Origin: Mantamonas sphyraenae STR306
Taxonomy: Eukaryota; Protista; CRuMs
Assembly (NCBI GenBank): GCA_026936335.1
Contig: JAPMXV010000008.1
Span: 278,177-342,176 of the forward strand
Length of the DNA stretch: 64,000 nucleotides
Reading direction: 5' to 3'
In this document: positions 24,041-35,057 of the stretch, piece after piece
Position numbering within the stretch: position 1 is the stretch's first letter
Layout: each line of letters starts with the position of its first letter
The notes under the pieces: model-generated
Databases searched by the model: none
The model's input: the letters and a program-made list of their open reading frames with translations, nothing else
What the model was told of the DNA's origin: nothing
Program-made: the position numbers and the translations under genes

Positions 24041-25474
24041 ATGGGTTGGGCCAGAACGCTCGCAGCATGCAGCAGCGTGACTGTGTGTCTGGTGGCCTGT
24101 TGGATCACAAGCACAGGTGTGGCAGGCGTGCAGGCAGGCGAGATCACGGCTGGTGGTGGCATGGACGTGGCGTCGATGACACAAGCGATGCTGGCCGAAC
24201 CTCGAAACGCACAGGGCGTCGTCGACTGGGCGCAGGGCGTGTTGGAAGAATCCCAGCACGCACGCACAAGCGTACAAGGAGAACAACGTCTGGCCGCGGT
24301 GCTGAAGGGCAGGTTGGGGCAAGGAGTGGACGTGGGCAAGGTTCTTGGAACCGCGTTGCAAATGGGCATCCTGCTGGAGCGTGCTGAGCAAGCCCAGGCG
24401 GCCATGATTGTGTACCAGGCGTGTCAAAGACTGGGGCCTTCGGTTGCCATGGTGTATCTGCGGCTGGGATCTGTACTTCAGCAGCAGGGGCGGGCTGAAG
24501 AAGCGTTGCGCGAGTTCAACCACGGCGTGTCACTGGCCAACCGCAACAAAGAATGGCAGCCACCTACGCGCGTGCCCACTGCCGATGCGTCTCCTGTGAA
24601 CGATAGCACGGCCATTGTGGTTCAAACCAAGACGAGGCCTGCGTTTGAGATTGCCACTCACCATCCTGCCTTTGACCACTTTGTCAGCAGCGAACTCATT
24701 GGCCAGGGCACCTGGGACGTGACCAAGATCCGTTTGTGGATCAAACTGCTGTCGGACAAGCCGCGTCGAACGGTGGTGGACTGTGGAGCTCACATCGGCT
24801 TTTTCAGCTTGTACGCTGCCAGCATGGGCCACCGGGTCGTGTCCATTGAACCTGTCGAGAGCAACTGGCGCAAGTTGGAGTACAGTCTGGGACTCAATGC
24901 CCCACGCGGATGGGTGGACAATGTGCAGCTCGTGCGAGCTGCGGCGTCGGAAAAGGCAACTGTGCGCACCATCTTTCGCGACGTCAACAACACAGGCAAC
25001 AACTTTCTGGACCCGCACTACATCGGTTCCTTTGAGAAGCAGCTCACAGCGTCGGATTTTGCCAGCGAGCGCATCCAGACCGTGCGCCTGGACGAGGTGG
25101 TCAAGGAGGATGTATGGCTCATCAAGTTTGACATCCAGGGCCATGAAGGCAAGGCCCTGCGAGGCGCCACACGTTTGTTTCAACGTCATCGCGTCTGCTG
25201 TATCATTGCCGAGTATTGGCCACAGGCGCTGCGCAGCGGAGGCGACGATCCCATCCGGTTGCTCGAGAAGATGCACAGGCGCGGATACGTCATCTACAAA
25301 CAGGCCGACTTTCACCGCGTTGACCTTTCCGTACGCACAGCGGCTGCATTGCGCGCAAGGAACCCTGCGCCCATTGGCAAAAGCGATTTTGCTTCGTTCG
25401 TCGACTCTCTCACGGGCAAGCAGACAGACGTCGTCTTCTGGCTACCCAAGTGCGCAGAATCGAGTGACAAGTGA
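24041..25474 (+). CDS. Signal peptide + TPR + FkbM-family SAM methyltransferase
   Basis: VVDCGAHIGFFSL, VSIEP, IKFDIQGHE; TPR-like YLRLGSVLQQQGRAEEA; hydrophobic N-terminus. Confidence 0.85.
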   Translation: MGWARTLAACSSVTVCLVACWITSTGVAGVQAGEITAGGGMDVASMTQAMLAEPRNAQGVVDWAQGVLEESQHARTSVQGEQRLAAVLKGRLGQGVDVGKVLGTALQMGILLERAEQAQAAMIVYQACQRLGPSVAMVYLRLGSVLQQQGRAEEALREFNHGVSLANRNKEWQPPTRVPTADASPVNDSTAIVVQTKTRPAFEIATHHPAFDHFVSSELIGQGTWDVTKIRLWIKLLSDKPRRTVVDCGAHIGFFSLYAASMGHRVVSIEPVESNWRKLEYSLGLNAPRGWVDNVQLVRAAASEKATVRTIFRDVNNTGNNFLDPHYIGSFEKQLTASDFASERIQTVRLDEVVKEDVWLIKFDIQGHEGKALRGATRLFQRHRVCCIIAEYWPQALRSGGDDPIRLLEKMHRRGYVIYKQADFHRVDLSVRTAAALRARNPAPIGKSDFASFVDSLTGKQTDVVFWLPKCAESSDK

Positions 25475-25566
25475 CGTGCGTGTGGTTTGTATGTATGTGT
25501 GTGTGTGTGTGCATTTGCATTTTGCATTTTCTCATTGGGAGCCAAGCTGAAAACAACGGTCGGCTC

Positions 25567-27712
25567 TCAAAGTTCGCCGTAGTCCACTCCGTCCTCGTCG
25601 TCACTGTAGGTGGCTTCTTCAGCCTTTTGCTTGGTGTCCTTGCTGCTGTTGCCGCCCTCTCCTTCCTCGCCTTCGACTTGCAGCATCATGGGCTGCGACA
25701 CAAAGGTAAAGCCGTCAAAGTTGTTTGCGCTGCCGAGCTTGTTGGGTGCCACATACGTGTCCTGCACCTCTTCCGAGGTAAACTCGGCGTCAAAGTTGCT
25801 GAGATCCTCAGTGTTTTCGGTCTCGGGCACAAAGGGCGGATCCACCTGCAGGGACATCACCGCGTCCCAATCGATGCCCTGGAAAAATTCGTGGCCACGG
25901 ATGTCGTGGCTGGCGTCCTCGCCCACGCCAAGGCGGGAGGAGTAGTTGCGATCCAGCAGCTGCTCGATGAGCGAGACGGCAGACTCGCTGAGGAAGTTGG
26001 GGAACTTGAGCTCCTTGCTGAGGATGTTCTCAAAGGTCTTTTCCTCGTTCTTGTGGTAAAACGGCGATTTTCCAACCATCATCTCGTAGAGGAGCACTCC
26101 CAGGGCCCAGTAGTCCACCTCGTGGCCGTACTTCTTGTTGCGCACCAGCTCGGGGCTCATGTACTGCGCCGTTCCGCAAAACGTGCGTGTGCGGTCGCCG
26201 ATGGGCACGTTTTCCTTGCACATGCCAAAGTCGGTGAGGCACAGATGGCCATCGCCGCGCAGCAGGATGTTTTCTGGCTTGAGATCACTGTGTGTGTGTG
26301 TGTGTGTGGAGTAGGGACGGGGGAAGGGATGGTGTGAGCGCGGTTGTTGTGACGACGTGCGCGAGGACCACACCCACACGACGTACCGGTAGATGATGTT
26401 GCACGAATGCAGGTAGCCGAGTGTCAGAACAAGCTCGGCGGCGTAAAAACGAACGACATCCTCGGCAAACCGCTTCTGCTGGCGGAGGTGGAAGAAGAGT
26501 TCGCCGCCGTTGACAAAGTCCAGCACCAGGTAGAGCTTCTCCGGAGTCTGGAAGGAGTAACGGAGTCCCACAATAAAGGGGAAGTTGGCCAGATTCTTCA
26601 TGATGTTGCGCTCGGCCTTGGTGGCCTCGACCTGGCCACTCTGAATGACCAACTTCTTGCGGATGACCTTCATGGCGTACAGCTTGCCTGTGTCCTTCTT
26701 GCGCACCATCATGACCTTACCAAACCCTCCACGACCGATGACACACAGCAGGTCGAAAGAGTCCTTGTCCACCTTTTCGGTGGTTTTGTCGAGGTATTCG
26801 ATTTTGAGCGTCACGGTTCCGGTGACGTCCTGGCTCTTCTTGGTCTTGCCCGCGAGCTTGGTGAGCACCAGCTCCTCCTCGACCTCACGTCCGTGGATGT
26901 ACTCGCTGAGAAAGACAGAGGCGCGGCCTGAGAAAGGTGTGGCGGGGCGTCAGCAGCCGGGTGGGGAAAGATCTGGACCCGCGTGGCCACTTTTCTCCAT
27001 CAACAAGGAGGTTGCTGTGACCACTCAGCCACACGGCGGATGGCACAAAGCACCATGAGGCGGGAGTGCAGGGACGAGGGACGGGAAGGGGGGCGCAGCA
27101 CGGTCGGGACTGGGGGCCGTTGGCAGGAGAAAGGAAAAGACAAGGGAAGAGGGGAAACGGGAGCTCAGGCTCTTTGGCAGGGCCACCATGGACACAAACA
27201 TACCCAGATGCGTGTCGCTGAGCAACTTCTTGGAGTGGTATACATCAATGTCCAGCTTGGAGGAGGCCGAGTCGTTCGGGATCTCGCTGTGGAGCGTGGG
27301 AGAGGGTGTGAACGGGCAGTCGGGAATGATGGGCGGTGGAGAGAGGGTTGCCTGTCGGATCGAGCGGCGGTGCACAGGCCACAGGCTCACTTACAAGGTG
27401 AACTTTTCGTCATACATCGGATTGACCGACTTTTTGCAGGTCTGGGTCTTGAACTTGGCATTACCCACAGACACTTCGATGTAGGCGTCGGAAACACCCT
27501 TGCTGGCGCCGGCAATGTCGGTTGCTCGCAACACTGGATCGGAGATGGGAGACAACGAGAGACGTTAGCGCTTCCATGGGATGTATTGTCATTGTCTAAT
27601 TGTGCCTACCTGTAAGATTCAACACTGCGACGATTTCCGCGTCGGCTTTGCCCTTGCCCTTGCTTCCGCTGGACGAGCTCATTCTGGAGGTTGGAGCCGA
27701 TGGCGCAAACAT
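25567..27712 (-). CDS. C2-domain AGC kinase (Ypk/SGK/PKB-like)
   Basis: N-terminal C2 (SDAYIEV...KTQT); GRGGFGKV, YAMK, YRDLKPEN across an intron, DFG, TFCGT, hydrophobic motif FDGFTF; start at 27712 or 27682. Confidence 0.92.
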
Positions 27713-27762
27713 CACGATTCAATGGTCATGGCATCGTCACTGTGTGAACTGCTGCTGCTGGA

Positions 27763-27796
<34 letters not shown>

Positions 27797-29822
27797 CTGG
27801 AACTGCTGCTGCTTGAGGTTGAGGTTGCGGCGCTGTTTGCTCGCGCTTCCAGATCATCCGCGACGCTGATCCATCCGTGGCGTCGCGCACCCTGTTCGGC
27901 CCAGCTGAGGACGAGCGTGAAGTCGGAGATGTCAGTAAGTGTGCATGCGAGACATACCGCACCGTCATTGCTGCCATGGTGCACTCACAGTTCCAAAAAG
28001 TGGCAGCCCTGGAAGCTGCCGTCCGTGGCTCCGTCATACGCACCGGTGGGCAGTAGCGTCTCGATCACATTGAAGATAAAGTCAGGTTTGGCCAAACGCT
28101 GGCCATTTTCTGCCAGATGCAACAACCGGTGTCAGCCTTCAGGGTGCGTGCAAGATACAAGAGTTCCGACGCTGCAACTCACCTTTGGTGACGTGCACAA
28201 AGTCAAAATACAGGTCTGGGTTGCGCTGGTGCATCAACTCCAGCTTTTCCTTGTCGTTCGGCTTGACCTTGCGGAACACAAGGCAGGTCAGTTTGCTGCG
28301 GCGCAGAAACGGGCTCGGGTCCAAGCGAAACTTGTTGCTGGGAGTCAGGTGAACCCAACAGATGTTTTCCACGTATTTGTAGCCCCAGCTGTTCAAGACG
28401 TTCATCACTTCCGAAATCAGTGTTTTTGGAGTCCAGATGAACATGAAGCCCTTTTCCATGATCTCGTCGAGACCGAGATGGTTCAGATCCCGTGGTTGGA
28501 TGTACCCAGGGTCGTTCTCGTGACCTTCCACAGCCCAGGGCGGGTCCAACAGCACGGCTTGCAAGCGCAGGTCACGGTACTGGGCGAAATCTGTACGGCA
28601 GTGGGAGGCGGCGAGCGAATGAGCAATGGGAGGTCCCAGAGAGTGCAGGTGAGGCTGGCAATGGTGGACAGCAAACTGACTGTGTTGCATAATGTGTGTG
28701 TGGAGGTAGGGCGACGATGCAGGGTCCGGGTTCAAGAAATCACCGTAAGCCTTGACTGTGGGCGCCCAGCTCAAGGGCACCGGATTGGGGATGCGAGTGT
28801 ACACGGGCATAGTGGGGTCCACCATTTTGACTCGCTTCTTGAGGGAAAACACGTTGCCCTGTGTGTCTGTGTGCTCCGCGAGCACGAGGCGTGTCCTCGG
28901 CGCACGTCCACCTCCACTGCTCTTGCTTGATGAACCTGTACACCCCGCACACCACGGGTGGATGTCAGCACGCTTGTTGACCAACAACGCCCTCGGGCAC
29001 ACACAGCCAACGTACTCTTGCGCTCGCGCGGCTTGCGCGCCTTGTCCGCTTTGAGTGACTTTTTCCGAGCCCGCTCGGCGAAATCGAACCACTGCTCAAA
29101 TTCGTCGAAATAATCAACACTCTGTTCATCCTCGCTGTCGAGCAGGCCACGCCAAGGGCGGAGTGAGTGACGCGCATATGGAGAGGCGAAGATCGTCGAG
29201 TTGGCACTCACCTGTCCTGGAAGTCCTCGCCAAACCGATGCAAATCTCGCACAGCAGCATCCCGTCGAGCGTCTTGGACATTTCCAGCTCGCCGTACAGC
29301 TCCCGTTCCATCTCGATGGCTGTGGGCAGGGCAAGGGTGAGGACGGATTTTTGGCGCGAAAACCAAAGCATGGCGCGGTGCACGTACTACTTTGTTCTAC
29401 CACGGCCTGCTTGACAGTGAATGCAGAGGTCATCTTGAATAGCTCGAGCTGCTGCTGTTCAGTGAGGGGTTGTTCATGACCGGATGCCTCGGCTGAGCTG
29501 GTGTGTTCTGGCGCGCTGCTGCTGCTTGCGCGGCTGTCCTCGCTCTGGATCTGCTCCAGGTACTCAAACTTGCGCATGATGCTTTCAACCGTCTCCTCAT
29601 CCTCAGCGTACCCAAGATACATGGACGCACTGCGTGCCGGTGGAGCCACAGGGGCGTATTTTGGATCAGTTTGTTGTGGATCAGCGCTGTTCGCCACAAA
29701 ACGGCGCAAAGGGCAGAGCAAACCTACCTGGGAATCTTTTGCCGCCCGCCATTGTTGTTACGGCGGATCTTGCGTGTGGCTTGGCTACGTTGGGATGTCT
29801 TTCGCTTGGATGTGCGAGTCAT
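27712..29822 (-). CDS. MT-A70 family N6-adenine methyltransferase-like protein, probably MTA9/AMT6-7 clade
   Basis: AVLLDPPW, GFMFIW, WGYKYVENICWV, ELMHQRNPD, VIETLLP, FLELWA; multi-exon; poly-Ser tail. Confidence 0.8.
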
Positions 29823-29963
29823 GGCTTTGGCAGGGGTTCAGCTGGCTCAGCTAGGGTCTCAAAACATTTTATTGCCAAAGATGGCACCTTGGCTGCCAAT
29901 TGGAACCTCCACGCACACATTCGTCCCCGGCACGAGCATGGTGATCGGCTCACACGCGTGTTT

Positions 29964-30346
29964 TCACCAGCCTTGCTCGTCTGCCATCTGGTTCAACTTT
30001 TCGATCGCCTGCTTTTGCTGATCCTCGATCTTCTGAAGCGTCATTGACTGAGGGCAGGGCATTTGCAGCCATCCATGCGCCGATTTCCAATGGTCAGCAG
30101 ACGCAAGGACGGTACGTGAAAGGCGTGGGCGGGTAAAAACGAACGCCTTGTGCGCGCGAAACGCACACCTCGCGCGGCGCAGCATTGGGGTTGCAAAAGG
30201 CCCAGGGCACATTCACTCACCTTGATGGGCATCAATTTGGGCTTGCACAGCACCTCGTTGGTCACTGTCTGCTCCCAGTACACGACGCCGGCCTTGGGCA
30301 TGACCTCCTGCAGCTCGTCGTTGCTCTGCGTCCACACATTGGCCAT
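29964..30346 (-). CDS. BBIP1: BBSome-interacting protein 1 (BBS18)
   Basis: EVMPKAG...VLCKPKLMPIK / SMTLQKIE matches the BBIP1 signature; intron ~30220-30050. Confidence 0.88.
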
Positions 30347-30503
30347 GGATGATTGTGTCAGCTTGCTCATTCCATCGATTCACATGTCCTTCGACCAACG
30401 ACCCCTCCACAGCCCTCTGGTGGCCCATTTCCACGTACCTTGCCACTCATGCTCACAAACGGTCTGCGCAACGTGTGGCGGCGCCGGTGCATCCAGCTCT
30501 TGA

Positions 30504-32533
30504 ATGTCCACCACCATGCGATTGTCCACTTGGACTGCCATCGCGTGCGTGGCTGCTGCCGTTCTTCTCTTTGCAGCGACACCAACTGCGGCGTCCGAGG
30601 AGTCCAAGGAGCAGCAGTTTGACCTGATGCGCGCCGTCAGCCTTGCGCACCCGTACAACATCGAGGTGGAGCACAACAAGCGCGCTGCCCTCGAACTGCA
30701 TATTGTCGCACAGCGTGCCTACGAAACCAAGGGCCCTACTCCCAGCCTGAACTTCCAGCTGCAGGAGCAGATGCCGCCATCCAAGCTGTGGGAAGCAGTC
30801 ATGGACCCGCTCTCCCTGAACATGTCTGCCACAAAGCTTGTAGGTTCCTTCGCAGCAGCTCATACGCACACGCGCCCGGCCTCACAAGATGCCAAGTATT
30901 TCTGCGTGATTGCGGTTCCCTCATTCCCGTTTGGCTGAGCACTGACGCGTGGGGCGGACGCATTCCCCCGTCCGACACAGCTTCGTCGCATCCACACCTG
31001 GGAAATCGACGCCAGCGGCGTGCAGCTGCAGCCGGGCTCCAACATGCGCATCCAGCTCAGCACATCCTCAGTTGCGCCTGTGGCTGTGTCTCTGGAGCTC
31101 GTGCAGCTTGGTAAGTGATGCCCAAAGGCACCGCGAGCTGTCGTTGCGTCCACGCGGCCGCCGCTGACCCTCTTCCCACTCTCACAGGCGAAGTTGGACA
31201 GTACCAAGTGCTCATTGCTGCCATCCTTCTCATTGCCGTGTACATATTGATTATCTTTGACCTCATGCACCGCACCATTGCTGCGCTGCTGGGATCCTCA
31301 GTGACCCTCGTTGTGGTGTGGATGTTGCGCGAGAAGCCATCGCTTTCCCTTGTCGTCACTTGGATCGACGAGGGTGCCATCGGCCTTCTTCTCGGCATGA
31401 TGATCATCATTGGCATCTTTTCAACCACAGGGTTCTTCGAATTGGCCGCCGTCCAGGCCTTCAAGTACAGCGGCGGAAACATCTGGACGCTTACCTTGAC
31501 CATGTGCATGATTTCCGCCGTCCTGTCGGCCTTTTTGGACAATGTGACCACCTTGTTACTGCTGGCACCCGTCACCCTGCGTCTGGCCAGCGTGGTCGAG
31601 CTCAACCCTGTCCCGTTGCTCCTTGCCGAAGTCATCAGCAGCAACGTCGGCGGCACTGCCACCATGATTGGCGACCCGCCCAATATCATTCTTGGCAACG
31701 CACTCAAGGACCACATTGACTTTATGGGCTTCATCATCAATTTGACGCCGTGCCTGGTGGTTGCAATGGCCTTGACGCTACTCTACTTCCGCATCTACTG
31801 GCGCCACGAGTACAACAAGAAAGTGAACAACGACTACGACATCAGCGAACTCGAGGAACAGTTCTGTATCCATGACCGTGCCCTGTTCTGGAAGTGTGTG
31901 GCCGTGCTGACGCTGGTCATCCTCGGTTTCTTCCTCCATAGTGTGACCGAGCTGGAGCCGGCCTGGATTGCCATGCTCGGGGCAGCTATTTTGCTGCTCA
32001 TCACCACGCCCGACGAACTGGACCCGTTTCTGGAAAAGGTGGAGTGGAGCACGCTGCTGTTCTTCGCTGCGCTCTTTGTGCTCATCGAGGGCCTGCAGGA
32101 GCTAGGGCTCATCCGATATCTGGGCAACCAGACCGCTATCTTCATCAAAGAGGTGGATCCCGAGAGTCAGCTGACAGTGGCCATGGTGCTCATCCTCTGG
32201 GTGAGTGCGATTGTCAGTGCGTTTGTTGACAACATCCCGTGGACAGCCACCATGGTGCCCATCATTGTCCAGCTGTACGACGATCCGCAACTCAGCCTGC
32301 CCATCAAGCCATTGGCCTGGTCGCTGTCGCTGGGTGCATGTCTGGGTGGCAACGGCACGCTGATTGGCGCCAGTGCAAACGTGGTCACCGTCGGCATTGC
32401 CGACCAAGCTGGCTACCCGATTTCCTTTGGCAAGTTTTTCAAGGTGGGCTTCCCTGTGATGCTCATCACAACCACTGTGGCCACAGGGTACGTCATCCTC
32501 GTGTACTCTGTTCTCGGGTGGGGTTTGGAGTAG
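30504..32533 (+). CDS. P-protein/OCA2-like ArsB/NhaD family permease
   Basis: HRTIAALLG, SAFLDNVTT, NVGGTATMIGDPPNI, VEWSTLLFFAALF, SAFVDNIP, LGACLGGNGTLIGASAN; two 5' introns. Confidence 0.9.
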
Positions 32534-32773
32534 ATCGCAAGGAATGCACAAATTTCAAGCTATCGCGTGCAGCTGCTCGCCACAACGCACATCTACACAC
32601 CTTTCACAGGGTGTGTTGTGTGTGTTGCCATGCTCAGTGCCTCTTGCATGCTCAGTGCACCCAGTGGCATCGTCTCCTCCACGTTGCTCGTCATTGCTCT
32701 CTTCCTTCCTCGTTGGATGCCCCCGCGCGCCAAAACCAAACGGTTAAGCCGAGAAATCCCACGTTTGAAAACC

Positions 32774-33441
32774 ATGGACCTCGCACACGCCACAGATCTC
32801 TTTGCATCAGCAGCCGACGAGCTGACCCTCATCAAGGGCATTCACAAGGATGAGCGCGCCCTGGACAAGGCCGCACGCAAGCAACAGGCTGCTCTGGATG
32901 CGCAGTTGCAAGGTGAGTGAGAGTGGACGTCGGGCGAGTGGTTGACACCTGCTGGCACACGCTGACACTTGGACACGAAATCTGGATGGGATGGGATGGG
33001 ATGGGCACTGCAGAGCTGCGTGCACGTGTCAACACATTGCAAGAGTCGGCCACACGCGGTGAGACCGGTGAGGAGCACAAGGAGGCGATGTTCCAGCTGC
33101 GCCAGGACCTGCGCACGCTGCAGTCCCAGCTGCTGGCCATGGAGACAGAAAAGGCGTCGATGCAGGACAAACTGGCCGAGTACAGCATCCGCGCTGATGA
33201 GCTGGAGAGCCAGCTGGCTGAACTGGAACAGACCGAGTTGGACGTGGAGCCCGGGATGGCCGGCAAGGTCGACCTGTACTACGAGATCACACGCATCAAG
33301 TGGGACTATGACAACATTGGCAAGTGCAAGGGCACGGTGCACAACACAGATCACCTCAAGCCCTTTGATCTTCCGCTGGGGTTGACGGGCGACGTGGATT
33401 TCAAGACAACCAACACGCTCTGGGCTCTGATTGACGCATGA
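32774..33441 (+). CDS. SPC24: Kinetochore Ndc80-complex subunit Spc24-like (copy 1)
   Basis: Coiled coil followed by LYYEITRIKWDY...KG...PFDL...TNTLWALI; one intron ~32913-33013. Confidence 0.75.
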
Positions 33442-33776
33442 GAGGAGACAGACGGGGGAAAGGGGGAGGGACGCAGACACAGTGCCATGCCATTTGTACA
33501 GAAGAGTGGCCATTGGAATGGGAATGAATGCCGGGATGACGAGGATGGGTGTTGCACAGCGAGTCCGTCAAGGGTCCAGCATCCATGCGGCGGTGTCTAT
33601 GGCAAGGCAACGTCGAACACAGCGCTCTGCAGGTGCCATGATCACACACACCATGCACAAGCAACCCAGGAGCAAGGGAAACGACCAAGCACATGGTTGA
33701 GCAATGGAAATGTCCGATGTCCGATGTGTGAAGGAGATGATGTGAAGCCCCTTGCATTGTTGTGATGTCTGTGTGC

Positions 33777-34933
33777 TTACTCCTCATCGCGCTTCCTGCG
33801 GCGCTTGCCCTTGACCTTCTCTGTGTTGTGCAGCTTCTTGAGGCGGTTCTTGCGCTCCTTGCGCTGCTTGCGCGACACGTCCGAGGCCGGCTTCTCCAGG
33901 CCCTTGAGACGCAGACGGTGCTTCGGCTCAATGTCCACCATCTTCTTCGTGTTGTCATAGATATACCCGAATCCCGTCGAGCGGCCACCTCCGTACACCG
34001 TCTTGAAGCCAAACAGCACGATGTTGTTCGGGTCCTGCACGCGGTAGGTCTTGGCAATGCGCTCAGCCAGGTCGGCCTTGGACACGTTGGCGCGACCGGG
34101 GTGCACCACCTCCAGCACCTGTGATCGTTCGGGTAGATGGTGTGTATGTAGAGTGTGGGAGCAAGGCGTGTGTGTCAGTGGTCTGCCTTCTGCTGCTGCT
34201 GCCAGTGCGTGTGTGTGTTTCCTCAGCGTCCCGCAGCTTGCATTTCCTCCGCCACCTGCTCTGCCGCCTCTTTCTCGCCCAACCGTCCCACACATGCACT
34301 CGCCAAACACACACCCATGGTGTCACGCATGCATACGCCGCCTGCCGTGTCTGGGCCTTGCCTGTTGTCGCCCCAGCTCGCTGTGACGCGTCTCGGCAGC
34401 TTGGCCAGGAGGGCCAAAAAGCCTCGATTTGTGCACTTTCAGCACACAACCGCGCCTCTCCTGCACGCACACACCCTCATGCGAGCACACACGTGCTCTC
34501 ATGCGTCCCCCTCTTGTACATGCAGCATTGGATGGACACTCCCTTGCGCCCTGCTTGCCTATGTGCTGCCCCACGCCAGCCACAGCCGCTGCGCCAGCTC
34601 GTGAAAAATTGCATGCACCTGCTCTCCCCGCGCCCTCTCTCGACACACACGCTGTATGTTGGCGACTCCCACCCAGCCCACGTGTGCCATGTGCACCCAC
34701 TGCGCTTGCATCGCGTCTCGTGTAGATGCAATGTGTCCACGTCGGGCTAGGGCGCTTGCCGTTTGGCCCACAATCACAGCGCGTGTGTGCGCAATCTCCC
34801 GCTCCTTTCTCGTTTCGCACACAAGACGCAGCAAGTACGTGTGTCACTCGACGTGTAAACTCACAAACTGGCGCCTGCTCAGCAGACGGTTGGTCATGAA
34901 ACGACGCAGAGTGAGCGTGTAGCTGTCCGACAT
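33777..34933 (-). CDS. RPS24: 40S ribosomal protein eS24 (copy 1)
   Basis: Exon 1 MSDSYTLTLRRFMTNRLLSRRQF; ~745-nt intron; exon 2 VLEVVHPGRANVSK...FGFKTVYGGGRSTGFGYIYD. Confidence 0.96.
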
Positions 34934-35057
34934 CCTTTGTTCTCGCAATTCAGGTTGGGTGCCGCGACGCACACCAGTCCACTGTGGGATGTGCCCTCCT
35001 TCTCATGCAATGCAACACTGCCCGGTAGAGATATGCGTTGCATTGTTTCGTCTTCCA

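Larger units (their letters stand above)
32628..34973. repeat. Segmental duplication, copy 1 (direct repeat of 47374-49724)
   Basis: Near-identical sequence from ccatgctcagtgc to gccgcgacgcaca with a few substitutions and indels. Confidence 0.97.

Noticed and set aside
32628-34973. Duplicated block as a transposon
   Set aside because: No transposase or RT, no terminal inverted repeats or LTRs, no target-site duplication visible
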